A stretch of DNA of 17,527 bases from Octopus sinensis (lineage: Eukaryota). The notes beneath the pieces are model-generated. The model did no database searches, had not been told where the DNA came from, and saw only the letters and a list, made by a program, of their open reading frames with translations. Within the stretch, counting starts at the first letter, position 1; each line of letters begins with the position of its first letter. Below, in pieces: positions 1-10,345 of the stretch. Made by a program: the position numbers and the translations under genes. The stretch lies in the NCBI RefSeq assembly GCF_006345805.1, contig NW_021825214.1, forward strand, positions 1 through 17,527, given 5' to 3'.

Positions 1-774
1 ATTGGTGTTATATTGTGGATCTTTTTGAAAAAAGAAATGAAAATTATCATATTCGGTGTGTATGGAGAAAAGTGAATATCACATTGGCCTTTAAATTATA
101 TTTGAAGTAATTGTAGAGAGAGGGTGTGTAATGTAGGCTGATAGAGGCTGTGTGTATGACAGAATGGACTATAAAATATAAATGCTTCATTTTGTGTTGC
201 TTTCCTTGTTCAATATTTGTTAGTAACCTGCATCAATTTTCTCAAACCACCACAATTTTGATATGTAACTAACTAACTGTACGTCTGTCTGCTCTGTAAT
301 CTTGATAAATCATAGAGCCAACATTTTGTACAAGATATCCAAAAATACTAATTGTTTGTTTGCCTTCTTTTTCTTTCTTCACAGATTTTTAACTGAAATA
401 AAATGGAAGTTAACTGGACTGTTTTAAATTTTAAACCTAATTTCATATTTATTCTCTTTAACAACAGTCTGTCACTCATGTTAAAGCAACAAACCAATGG
501 TCGCTATTTTCCCTTTTTTCACCAGAATTAACTTACAGATCAGAAATATTTAAGCAGAAATATTTTCTTTCTTTTTTTCATATTCTATTGACTTTGAATT
601 CCATTGGTGTCAGCTTTGTCTTTTGTCTTTACAGGATCAATAAAATATAGTACCAGTAAAATACTGGGATCAGTCTACATGACTTTACATCTCCAACTAA
701 ATTAGATGATATTATGGTATTATTTTCAGGTTGAATGAAAATGAAGAATTTTTTTTTCTTCATATAAGTGTCAC

Positions 775-1235
775 TGTGCATTGCTATGATCAAGCAGAAA
801 ACAAGTCCAAAACCAACCCTTTTAGGACAGCTGCCAAGTGGCATTGGTGGACCCTGTCTCAGGCTTTCAACTGATTCAAATTATTCAGAGCCCCATTAGC
901 GCCAGATTTGTTATTCACTCTTTGTATGATGTATCACATATAATAATGGGAATCACACAAGTGTGTGCTTCTCCAACCAAATCACTTATGCCAATTGTCA
1001 ACTTCTTTACTAACACCTTGACCGAAATGTTAAACTCTCCATTTAGTAGGGTAAGTATCTGTAATATTCTCTTTGTTGGTGTCCTTTCTCGGCAACATTA
1101 ATGCACCCCAGCTCACAGAACTGGGAATTCTCCCATTTTGCTGCCAATTGTTTGTCAAGAGGTCACTAAAGAGAATATAACAATAAAATTCATAGGGCAG
1201 ACTATCCAAACTGAGCAATTTGTCCTGCAATTTGG
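775..1235 (-). pseudogene. Highly degraded L1/Tx1-clade reverse transcriptase fragment
   Basis: Stitching minus-strand frames gives LDSLPYEFY...NWQQNGRIPSSVSWGA..L.RKD.NK...LTLLNGEFNISVKVLVKKL...LVGEAHTC.IP...ALNNLNQLKA*DRV..CHLAAVL..GFGLVF. This follows the L1/Tx1 RT motif order (GxDGLPxEFY, RPITLLN, LDQxKAFDRV, GFG). Many stops and deletions. Confidence 0.6.
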
Positions 1236-1549
1236 AAGGACTATTGTGGTTGCTCCAAATCTACACTGGTGTACTTGTCAGACAATTAGAAATCTCTGAG
1301 CATGTTTTTCAAGGCTCTTGCCCTATTGTGGGTGTGCCCTACACAATCCCATTGTGCATCTAAAATATCATATCAATCCACTACTAGTGCCAAAGAGCAG
1401 GATGTTCCCAGGAAGGTTTCTAGATGTCTAAAGAAATTTGGCCATCCAGCCATTAGTCTGTTGTTCACATCTAATGCCACCATCTTCAGGAAGATTGTCT
1501 ACACCTCTAAGTCTAATTCTTTCTAGAAAGTGTAGTTACTCAAATGTCT

Positions 1550-1586
1550 GATCCCATCAAATCACAAGATCCCATCAAATCACAAG
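1550..1586. repeat. 18-bp direct tandem duplication (gatcccatcaaatcacaa)x2
   Basis: Two exact adjacent copies visible in the sequence. Confidence 0.9.
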
Positions 1587-2239
1587 TATGTCCTGTAGTC
1601 AGCAAAAATGGAGCTGAATGTGCATGTTTCTGTTTTAGTAATGGCTACCACATCTAAGTCAAGTGATCTGAGGTTGTTGAGCGACTTTGCTTCTAAGCTG
1701 ACTCCAGAATAAATTTTCACATTCTACTTTGAGTGACATTATGTTCATTGTAGAAAATAGGAGAGGTTATTCACCTTTATCATCATAAATGGTGGGTGGT
1801 CTTTTTCATTTAGGTGTCTTTTGAAAGGCCCTTGTAATAATGTTTTGTTTACAGTTTTTTAAAAATTGCAACACTCACTGGGAAGTTGTCTGAGAGAGCA
1901 TGATAAATTTCACTGGACATTTTTATGTCTTAAGTTGTTTTGGGGATAATTTTTTCAAACTTTTCTCCTGTTGTTATTCATCTTTGTAATGTCTGACCAT
2001 GTAATCCATCAACTCATTGTTGTTTTTACTTATAATGGTGAATTTAACTATATTTTCTATTTATGTTGTGTTTGTTGTTGTTGAGCCTAATGTTGATAAT
2101 ATTTATTGGTTTCTAGTTTAGATACAAAGCCACAACTTTTGTTGGAGAATGTCTATCAAATATTTGACTAGAAAATGACTAGATGAAAGGAAGTTGTTGG
2201 AGACATGGGTGGCAAGGGAGAAAACAGTGACCTGGCTGA

Positions 2240-2402
2240 GGTGTGTGTGTGTGTGTGTGGATGTGTATATGTGTGGGTGAGTACATGTGTGTGTGCGAGT
2301 ATGAAGATAATGTGAGCATGTGTATGTATGGAAGTGAACAAGTACATGTGCACATGTAGAGTGATCTGTGTGTGTGGACATGTTTATTTGTGATGAGTAT
2401 GT
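2240..2402. repeat. (GT)n / degenerate GTGT-ATGT microsatellite
   Basis: Perfect GT run at ~2242-2259 followed by a degenerate GT/AT-rich tract. It generates the spurious His/Thr-rich ORFs. Confidence 0.85.
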
Positions 2403-2421
2403 GAGGCTGTCTAATATATGT

Positions 2422-2505
2422 ATTACCCAGGTCTATAGTAGAAGACACCTGAGGTTCCACTCAGTGGGACTGAATCCAGAACAATATAGTTGGGTAACCT
2501 GAACC
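2422..2505 (-). mobile_element. Degraded tRNA-derived SINE head fragment
   Basis: Minus strand reads ...tggattcagtcccactgagtggaacctcaggtgtcttctactatagacctggg. It has a B-box-like GGATTCAGTCCC followed by a body resembling a cephalopod SINE head as I recall it. Confidence 0.5.
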
Positions 2506-3276
2506 AAGTGGTTAAATATATCTCTCTCTATATATAAAATGAAATATATATTATAATAAGTATATAATATATACATATAATGTAATATATTAAAACATAA
2601 AGTTAAAGTTTGGTCATAGAGTGACCAATGGTTTCGTATCCATGAAAGCTACAGTATATAATAAACACATATAATGTAATGTATATAATGTAATATACAG
2701 GGTGTTCTGGTTAAATTTGACACTTTGCATAAAAGGAAGACAGGAACACTATAGTGGTGGTGGTGGTGGTGCGGCTGCAGCTGCTGGGAGGGATATATGG
2801 CAGTGGAAGCAAACTCAACGAAATTCAATATATAAGGTATCTGGGATGAAATAGACAAGCGCAACTGGGTTTAAAAAATAAAAAGACTTTGATTTTCTGT
2901 GCAGCAACAGTAGACACTTGAATGTGGAATTAGAAACAATGAAATCAGCTGGTGGATGGTATGGAAATGAGGTTAATGTATATAGAACAACAAAAACATG
3001 ATGGTGTATGGACAGATCTAAAACTGGTAGATAATTATTAGAATTACGACTGGGAATGGTTTAATTCTTTTTTTTACTTTCATATTTTATTTATTTTTGT
3101 GCATCTGAAAAAGAATTGCAAATTACATCTCAACAACAATAACAGCAACAAAGAAACACTTAATGATTTGAGAGAACTCCATAACACTGTTATTATTTCA
3201 GTAGAAGTAGCCAAGTGGAGGTCTGGCTGGTTGTTACAGACTAATTGACCTACTACTCTTTCAACATAGCAATTCT

Positions 3277-3331
3277 CACACGCACACACGCGCACGCACA
3301 CACACACACACACACACCACACACACACACA
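3277..3331. repeat. (CA)n/(CACG)n microsatellite
   Basis: Directly visible. Confidence 0.95.
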
Positions 3332-3679
3332 TTCACTGCTTGTCTGGTTTTTAAAATTAATAAATTATAAATCATTACCAAATAAAATACAATTGATGAA
3401 ATTTAAAAGTTGCTCAAGGTTCAGTGAGTTATTAAGTGTTGGTGGCTAAATGTAACACTTCATATCAAATCTATTGGTCAAATCTCTCACTTAAGCTAAA
3501 TATTTTGTCTCATCCCCTAATTTAAAAGATATATTTAGAACAATGTTCAACATCCACAGGGGAAGTGGTGAGAAAGGATCCTGAGGTAAGGTGGTAGTAT
3601 TAAGTGACAGTTGTTAAACCTTAATTGTCAATATGCAGAAAAAAATAGAGTGTGTTTGAAAAAAAAATATTGTTATAAT

Positions 3680-3765
3680 GTTGGATTCTTGGTCATTAGG
3701 TTGTAGGTTCAATTCCTGGGCCAGACGTCTTCCAGGGCAGAATGTTTCATTTCATACTGCCTCAT
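3680..3765 (+). mobile_element. Possible degraded tRNA-derived SINE head, interrupted by the rearrangement at 3766
   Basis: B-box-like GGTTCAATTCC at ~3706-3716. The sequence that follows (cagggcagaatgtttcatttcatactgcctcat) continues as ccactgaaaaag... in the duplicated copies at 4021 and ~4947. Confidence 0.35.
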
Positions 3766-3821
3766 ACTGGGCTCTGCATCTACTGCTGTTTTTGGTTTTT
3801 GATCTGGCAGTAACAGTTCAA

Positions 3822-3894
3822 CCCTTTAGCATTAAGATTACTCTGTCAAATATAATGCTTATTTATTTACATTATTTTGAATTAATCATGCATT
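3822..3894. mobile_element. Left arm of a piggyBac-type MITE (CCCTTTAGCATT...), fused to LINE RT sequence; repeated at 4750-4820 and 5676-5746
   Basis: Starts tcAA-CCCTTTAGCATT, like the TTAA-CCCTTT terminus of the complete MITE at 4443. No matching right TIR. It joins CR1 RT sequence at ...atcatgcatt|gcaggcg. Confidence 0.6.
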
Positions 3895-4017
3895 GCAGGC
3901 GTTTAGTGTCTTCAAGGTTCTGTATTGCCTGTGAAACTTTTGTATCATCTGCATAACTTGTGATCGTGGCTCTCTGCGTGGATGAGGGCATGTCTGAGAG
4001 GGCCATTATGAACAGTA
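3890..4017 (-). pseudogene. Duplicated ~130-bp LINE-A RT fragment containing the YADD motif; second copy at 4816-4943
   Basis: Near-identical to 5741-5869 (LLFIMALSDMPS..QRATITSYADDTKVSQ). Confidence 0.9.
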
Positions 4018-4442
4018 ATTCAGGGCAGAATGTTTCATTTCATACTGCCTCATCCACTGAAAAAGCATACCAGATGACCACTAGGGTAACCCCTTCTCCT
4101 TCATGTCCTGAGTGTGCCATTGGGTCAAGGGTATGAGCTCTCAGAGGATACTTATATCTGTTGTATAACTTATAGGTGCCTACAATCACAATGAAAGCAT
4201 GAAGTGTTACCAAGTCATATTCACTTGCAACTAAGGGCTATGGTATTTTTTTTCTCCTTTTACTTCAAGTGAAGAAAAACAAATCAATACTTATCAATTA
4301 AAATAATTGTATGAGAGAACTGGATTATATATTCTTCAGAATATGAATAAAACTGTTAGATGTCTTGTCATTCTTCTTTTGATCATCATCACTCCCTACC
4401 CACTCAGTCAGTTCTTTAAAGAAGAAAATAATATTTGTTTAA

Positions 4443-4662
4443 CCCTTTCGTTACTGTATTTATTTTGAGATGCTCTGTGTTTCTTTCAATTATTTTAAAT
4501 ATAACAAAGAATTTAGTAACATAACTTAGTTATCATTAAGCTAGTGTTAGGAACATAAATTGGGACTAAGGTTTGGTGGTATATTTTGATGCAAAACTTA
4601 TGAAACAAGACATTTGTACTGCAGAGCCAGAGCCGGTTTTGGCCGGGTTGGTAACGAAAGGG
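4443..4662. mobile_element. 220-bp piggyBac-type MITE, copy 1
   Basis: Perfect 12-bp TIRs CCCTTTCGTTAC (4443-4454) and GTAACGAAAGGG (4651-4662), flanked by TTAA at 4439-4442 and 4663-4666. CCC termini plus TTAA target duplication are piggyBac hallmarks. No ORF. Confidence 0.9.
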
Positions 4663-5367
4663 TTAAGTCAAAGCAACAGCTAGAACAATGACAACTGGGC
4701 TCTGCATCTACTGCTGTTTTTGGTTTTTGATCTGGCAGTAACAGTTCAACCTTTAGCATTAAGATTACTCTGTCAAATATAATGCTTATTTATTTACATT
4801 ATTTTGAATAATCATGCATTGCAGGCGTTTAGTGTCTTCAAGGTTCTGTATTGCCTGTGAAACTTTTGTATCATCTGCATAACTTGTGATCGTGGCTCTC
4901 TGCGTGGATGAGGGCATGTCTGAGAGGGCCATTATGAACAGTAATTCAGGCAGAATGTTTCATTTCATACTGCCTCATCCACTGAAAAAGCATACCAGAT
5001 GACCACTAGGGTAACCCCTTCTCCTTCATGTCCTGAGTGTGCCATTGGGTCAAGGGTATGAGCTCTCAGAGGATACTTATATCTGTTGTATAACTTATAG
5101 GTGCCTACAATCACAATGAAAGCATGAAGTGTTACCAAGTCATATTCACTTGCAACTAAGGGCTATGGTATTTTTTTTCTCCTTTTACTTCAAGTGAAGA
5201 AAAACAAATCAATACTTATCAATTAAAATAATTGTATGAGAGAACTGGATTATATATTCTTCAGAATATGAATAAAACTGTTAGATGTCTTGTCATTCTT
5301 CTTTTGATCATCATCACTCCCTACCCACTCAGTCAGTTCTTTAAAGAAGAAAATAATATTTGTTTAA

Positions 5368-5588
5368 CCCTTTCGTTACTGTATTTATTTTGAGATGCTC
5401 TGTGTTTCTTTCAATTATTTTAAATATAACAAAGAATTTAGTAACATAACTTAGTTATCATTAAGCTAGTGTTAGGAACATAAATTGGGACTAAGGTTTG
5501 GTGGTATATTTTGATGCAAAACTTATGAAAACAAGACATTTGTACTGCAGAGCCAGAGCCGGTTTTGGCCGGGTTGGTAACGAAAGGG
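5368..5588. mobile_element. piggyBac-type MITE, copy 2 (from the tandem duplication, not an independent insertion)
   Basis: Same TIRs, TTAA at 5364-5367 and 5589-5592, and the same flanks as copy 1. Confidence 0.9.
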
Positions 5589-5740
5589 TTAAGTCAAAGC
5601 AACAGCTAGAACAATGACAACTGGGCTCTGCATCTACTGCTGTTTTTGGTTTTTGATCTGGCAGTAACAGTTCAACCCTTTAGCATTAAGATTACTCTGT
5701 CAAATAATGCTTATTTATTTACATTATTTTGAATTAATCA

Positions 5741-7886
5741 TGCATTGCAGGCGTTTAGTGTCTTCAGGGTTCTGTATTGTCTGTGAAACTTTTGTATCAT
5801 CTGCATAACTTGTGATCGTGGCTCTCTGCGTGGCTGAGGGCATGTCTGAGAGGGCCATTATGAACAGTAGTGGTCCCAAAACAGTGCCCTGCGGAACACT
5901 GCTCACTATTTGCGTGTTAATGGAAGTGGCCCCATTGGCTACTACCACCTGACTTCTATCTTTCAGAAAGTCATGAAGCCATTCTCCCAGTTTTCCAACT
6001 ATGCCAAGATCACGCAGTTTGTGACATATCATTCCATGATCGACTTTATCAAAGGCCTTTGCAAAGTCAAGATATATCACTTCCACATTTGAGTGGTTGA
6101 GCAGTCGTTTCAGCACCCAGTCATAGTGTTGTAGGAGCTGAGTTAAGCAGCTTCTCCCTGATCGGAAACCATGTTGGGTGTCAGGCAGCAAGTTATTTTC
6201 TTCAAGGAAGGTGATCAGTTTCTTTCTGACTATTCGTTCCATGGCCTTGCTGATGTGTGAGGTCAGAGAGATAGGTCTGTAGTTTTTGGCCTCTGCTCTG
6301 CTACCTCCTTTATGAATAGGGCATATTTTACCTTCCTTCAGTTTTCTTGGAAGTTTGCCAGTTGCAAGGAAGCTCTGAAAGAGGAACTGCAGTGGTCTTG
6401 CTAGGACTCTCTTACATACTTTTAGGAGGATTGCGGGAATCCATCGGGGCAGTAGCTGAGTTTGTTTTCATTTCATCTATAGCCTTTATTAATCGTTCCT
6501 TTATATGATGTAATCAATCATCGCTGCCTCTGATTTTATATCTGCAGTGGTAAAGAAGTCAGTTGGATTGGTGATTTTGAAATGCCCAAGGGGTGGAGTG
6601 AAAACACTCTTGAATTGCTCATTCAGTATTTCACTTACCCTCATTGGATTTCCTGTGAGTGTGCCATCCTTTTCAAGGAGTGGCCCTATCCTACAGTGCA
6701 CCGTAGCTGTTTCTTTGGCATACCTGTAAAAAGCTCTGGGGTTAGATTTTATGTTGTCTATAGCCCAGGCTTCTTTGTCTGCTCTTTCCTTTTCATGGGA
6801 GAGTTGCAGACATTTTTCAATTTCCAAGTTATATTTTCAGGCGGGACTTTTCACTGCTTTCAATTTGTTTGTTTAGGCGATTTGAAATTTTTGTACGCCA
6901 TCTCATTAAAATTTTCCATTCTCTGGGGATTTTGTTCTTGTGTACAGTGGCCTTTCTCTCTGGGACACATTTGTAGCATATGGCTTGCATTACAGACATG
7001 AATTGTTGAAGTTTCACGTCGATGTCTGGCGAGGAGAGACATTCAGGCCAGTTTTGTTTGAGGATCTCTTTCTCAATTTGTTTCCAGTTTGCCTTATGGA
7101 AGTTCAAGCTGGAAAGATTCTGAGAGTTTCTTCTAGGCTGCATGTCCATGCTTTCCTTTGGCCCGTACATGGTCAGCTCTACCATGTTGTGATCCGAGAG
7201 TAGTGTCGGTGTCACTTTCACATTATGGATGAGATCCATATTATTTGTGAAGCAGAGATCCAGTGTGTTACCTGCCCTGGTTGGTTGGAGTATTACTTGC
7301 TCCATGTACAGGGTGTTGATGAATTTCAGGAGGGACCTCGCCTGTCCTCATTCACATCGTGTCATTCCTGGGAGAGAAAGGCCCTCGGGCCATCTGACAT
7401 TGGGTAGATTGAAGTCTCCCATAAGAAGTACACTTATGTGTTGTTCTAATGTGACTAGAACTTCTATTTTTATAAGGCAGTCTTCAAACTTGCCTACATG
7501 GCTTGGGGCATCTGGAGGGCGATATGTAGCACACACAACTACATCAAGTTGCCTTATATGTACAATTAGTGTGTCACACAACGAGTTTGAGTATGACAAA
7601 AGGACCTGGGGTGTGAGGTCCTCACGGATGTACATAGCAACTCCTCCATGACTCCTTTCTTTTCTGTCGGTCCGTAGTACAACATACTGTGGTATGTGTA
7701 ATTCCGCATCTGCTATGTCCGGTTTCAGGTGCGTTTCCGTAAGAACGGGATTTTTGTCCTGTTACTGAGTGTTAGCAGTCCTCTGATGTTCAGTAGGAGC
7801 ATCGAGGTGAGGTGTATGCTGTTGCCGGCGGTGTCCACCTTGGGTCTATTTGCTGTGGTGGTCTTGTATATTGTGGATAGTCCCAT
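5741..7886 (-). pseudogene. LINE-A ORF2 (APE endonuclease + reverse transcriptase), disrupted and truncated shortly after YADD
   Basis: Colinear ORF fragments 7725-7946, 7348-7635, 6829-7305, 6501-6827 and 5724-6242. Relative to LINE-B there is a ~15-codon deletion with frameshift near 7740 (KIPFL|TETHL), a stop at 7348, and frameshifts near 6828 and 6450-6500. Confidence 0.92.
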
Positions 7887-8695
7887 CTGCGAGCTTGGGT
7901 TTGATGAAGCCAGGTTAGCTGCTGTACAATCTTTTGTGCCATGCACAAAAAAGATTCTTGTTCAGCAGCTGCCCTTTCAACAACATTATGTTGGCGGTTT
8001 GTGGTACGCACCACATCTGCGTACCTCTGTTTTGGGGCAGGTGGTGCGTGGTCCATCCCTTTTCCTTTTGTTAGTTGGTTTCTGATCTGTTTCGTGTCTC
8101 TGCGGCAGGGTCCCCGATGTGCAAAACGGCAGCCTGCACCTTCCTCTCCATGCCAGCAGGTACCTCTCAGGTAGAACCTACACACCCGTGTGCGCTGTCT
8201 GCTTCCATCCTTTTTGGTATATGGATAGTCAGTTTTACTTCTATCCTTGGCTGTTTCATTTTTTGGTTTTGTTTGAGTTTTTCTTTTAGTTTTTCCTCCT
8301 TTTATTTCTTTTTTGGGTCTTTCATCTCCATGGCTTTTGGTGCTGATAGGAGCACTTGCACTTGGGTTTACTTCCCAGGCAGGTTTCTCACTTGAAACTT
8401 CTTCCCGGGTGTCTACCAGGTGGGGGTGACTTCTTTCATCAGCACCCGTGTCTCCATCCTTGCCATCTTTACTTTGTTCGTTGTCAAAGATGGCATCAAG
8501 CGTGCCAATGTGAGATCTTATAAGTGCATAGGAGCGTATAAACTCCTGCTTCTTCCGCTCTATCTGAGCTATTGTCCTTTTATAACCACTGCTCTTCAGC
8601 GCAGCTGTAATTATATTGTTAGGATTATCTCTGTCAGCGCATTGCCAGGCTCGTATGAACAACGCCAATTCGTCACGTCTCCAGGTTCTGGACAT
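7790..8695 (-). CDS. LINE-A ORF1 protein (301 aa): N-terminal Myb/SANT-like (trihelix) domain, basic low-complexity linker, CCCH zinc finger
   Basis: Uninterrupted ATG-initiated ORF. aa ~4-56 read TWRRDELALFIRAW...IITAALKSSGYKRTIAQIERKKQEFIRSY. C-x7-C-x8-C-x3-H at nt 8182-8117 (CRFYLRGTCWHGEEGAGCRFAH). Also a YADVV motif. It occupies the ORF1 position upstream of and overlapping ORF2. Confidence 0.82.
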   Translation of the reverse strand: MSRTWRRDELALFIRAWQCADRDNPNNIITAALKSSGYKRTIAQIERKKQEFIRSYALIRSHIGTLDAIFDNEQSKDGKDGDTGADERSHPHLVDTREEVSSEKPAWEVNPSASAPISTKSHGDERPKKEIKGGKTKRKTQTKPKNETAKDRSKTDYPYTKKDGSRQRTRVCRFYLRGTCWHGEEGAGCRFAHRGPCRRDTKQIRNQLTKGKGMDHAPPAPKQRYADVVRTTNRQHNVVERAAAEQESFLCMAQKIVQQLTWLHQTQARRWDYPQYTRPPQQIDPRWTPPATAYTSPRCSY

Positions 8696-9044
8696 GTTGG
8701 ATATTTTATTTATTTATCTATCTAATTATATTTAAAATTTAATAGTGTGATAGAGGGTAGAGAAGAAATAGAGAAAGAAAGTGAATGTGTATTTAGAGAG
8801 ATTGAGAACTGAGAGAAGATAAGAAGAGAGTGAGAGAGGAAAGTTCGCGACTATATATTTAGAAAAATTGAGAGGCTGAGACAGGAAAGATTGTGTGACA
8901 CAGAGAAGTGGAGAAGGGAAGAGACAAGGAAAGACTGAACGGCTGAAAGAAGAGAGATGGTGTGATAGAGAGAAGTAAAGAGACAGAGGGAGAAAGAAAA
9001 GAAAGAGAGGAGGTTACGAAGCTGAAATAAAAATGAAAGATTTA

Positions 9045-9613
9045 GAAAATGAAAGATTATTAACAGGAAAGCTGAAATAGAAAATGAAAGATTCTGAAAA
9101 TGAGAGATTCTGAAACAGAGACCGAAAGATTATTAAAGTTCGTGTCTATACATATATATACACATGCATATATACACACATATATATATATATACATACA
9201 TATATATAAAAACAGGGAGGAGGTAGAAGAGAGTGAGGAAAGATAGACATATGTAAACGAAACAGAAATTGATAGAAAGTTATTCTCAGATTAAGAAAAT
9301 GAAAGATTATTAACAGGAAAGCTGAAATAGAAAATGAAAGATTCTGAAACAGAGACGGAAAGATATTAAAGTTCGTGTCTATACATATATATACACATGC
9401 ATATATACACACATATATATATATATACATACATATATATAAAAACAGGGAGGAGGTAGAAGAGAGTGAGGAAAGATAGACATATGTAAACGAAACAGAA
9501 ATTGATAGAAAGTTATTCTCAGATTAAGAAAATGAAAGATTATTAACAGGAAAGCTGAAATAGAAAATGAAAGATTCTGAAACAGAGACGGAAAGATTAT
9601 TAAAGTTTGCGTC

Positions 9614-9620
<7 letters not shown>
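9045..9620. repeat. ~233-bp tandem monomers (about 2.5 copies, with a diverged echo to ~9920) in the inferred LINE-A 5' UTR
   Basis: gaaagattattaacaggaaagctgaaatag starts at 9051, 9301 and 9534. aacagggaggaggtagaag occurs at 9211 and 9444 (233 apart). Each unit carries an internal TA/CA microsatellite. Confidence 0.9.
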
Positions 9621-9683
<63 letters not shown>

Positions 9684-9741
9684 ATATATATACGTATATA
9701 TACACGTGCCCATACATATACATACATACACACATATACAC

Positions 9742-9781
<40 letters not shown>
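9614..9781. repeat. Compound (TA)n-(CATA)n-(GA)n microsatellite
   Basis: Directly visible; (GA)n at ~9746-9781. Confidence 0.95.
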
Positions 9782-9784
<3 letters not shown>

Positions 9785-10337
9785 GTAGAAGAAAGTGAGG
9801 AAAATATATTAAAATATATTAAAGTGGGGAAAAGAAGGAGTTATTTAATTATAAAACTAATTACTAGAAGATAGCCGTATGAAAGCGAAACAGAAATTGA
9901 AAGAGAGTTGGTCTCAGAATGTAAACAAAGATGGCTTCATAAATCGTATCAGAGATGCTAGCTTAAATTAAAGGGAAATAAAATAATAAATAAAATATGA
10001 AATAGAATATGAAAACAATACTTATCATAAAAGGTACAGTCCAAACCTTCGTGCTTTTACGGAATTACTTTTCCTTCACAGGAAAAATACTTCTTTTTCT
10101 TTCTTACAGGAGATAAATTAATGATTTGCCACCATGTGCTTTTTCGGCGAAAAACCTACTGTATTTGATTTGGCTTCAGGCAAAATATATTACGTTTTTG
10201 ATTAATATATTTTTAATTAATGTATTTTAGTAGACTTTATGAGTTTATGAGTTAACAAGTTCTACGTTTTGTTACTTTCAGTAGATTATTTCGCCGATTT
10301 ATGCAAACCCTTCGGTTTTTACACAGAGCAAAAGCAA

Positions 10338-10345
10338 ACACGTCT
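10338..10345 (-). promoter_or_regulatory. DPE-like internal promoter motif AGACGTGT near the inferred LINE-A 5' end
   Basis: Minus strand reads ttcctcgtagaggaaAGACGTGTttgcttttgctc. RGWCGTG is the extended DPE consensus known from jockey-type LINE internal promoters. It lies 15 nt from the (TA)n junction. Confidence 0.5.

Larger units (their letters stand above)
3733..5869. repeat. Tandem triplication, period ~927 bp, first copy internally deleted
   Basis: The block actgggctctgcatc...ggccattatgaacagta starts at 3766, 4694 and 5620. The block cagggcagaatg...gaacaatgaca (4021-4693) recurs at ~4947-5619. Only its first 33 bp occur at 3733-3765. Confidence 0.95.

Noticed and set aside
610-725. 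Polypyrimidine tract + CAG at ~633 and a GT at ~717, suggesting a host exon
   Set aside because: All three frames contain stops within the candidate exon and there is no recognisable protein. A non-coding exon cannot be assessed from sequence alone.
1240-1700. Moderately GC-richer stretch upstream of the L1/Tx1 relic, including ORF 1302-1526
   Set aside because: Probably old TE sequence, but I could not recognise any motif in six frames.
2118-2460. His/Thr-rich ORFs on the minus strand
   Set aside because: Translations of a GT/CA microsatellite and SINE remnant; no domain signal.
2694-2720. TA-CAGGGTG start resembling a Tc1/mariner TIR
   Set aside because: I found no matching inverted partner (CACCCTG-TA) nearby.
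9045-9620. Regularly spaced repeats as a possible CRISPR array
   Set aside because: Whole 233-bp units repeat with no unique spacers; eukaryotic context and no cas genes.
9146-9798. YI-repeat and ER-repeat ORFs (also 11254-11493 and 3080-3328)
   Set aside because: Products of (TA)n, (GA)n and (CA)n repeats.
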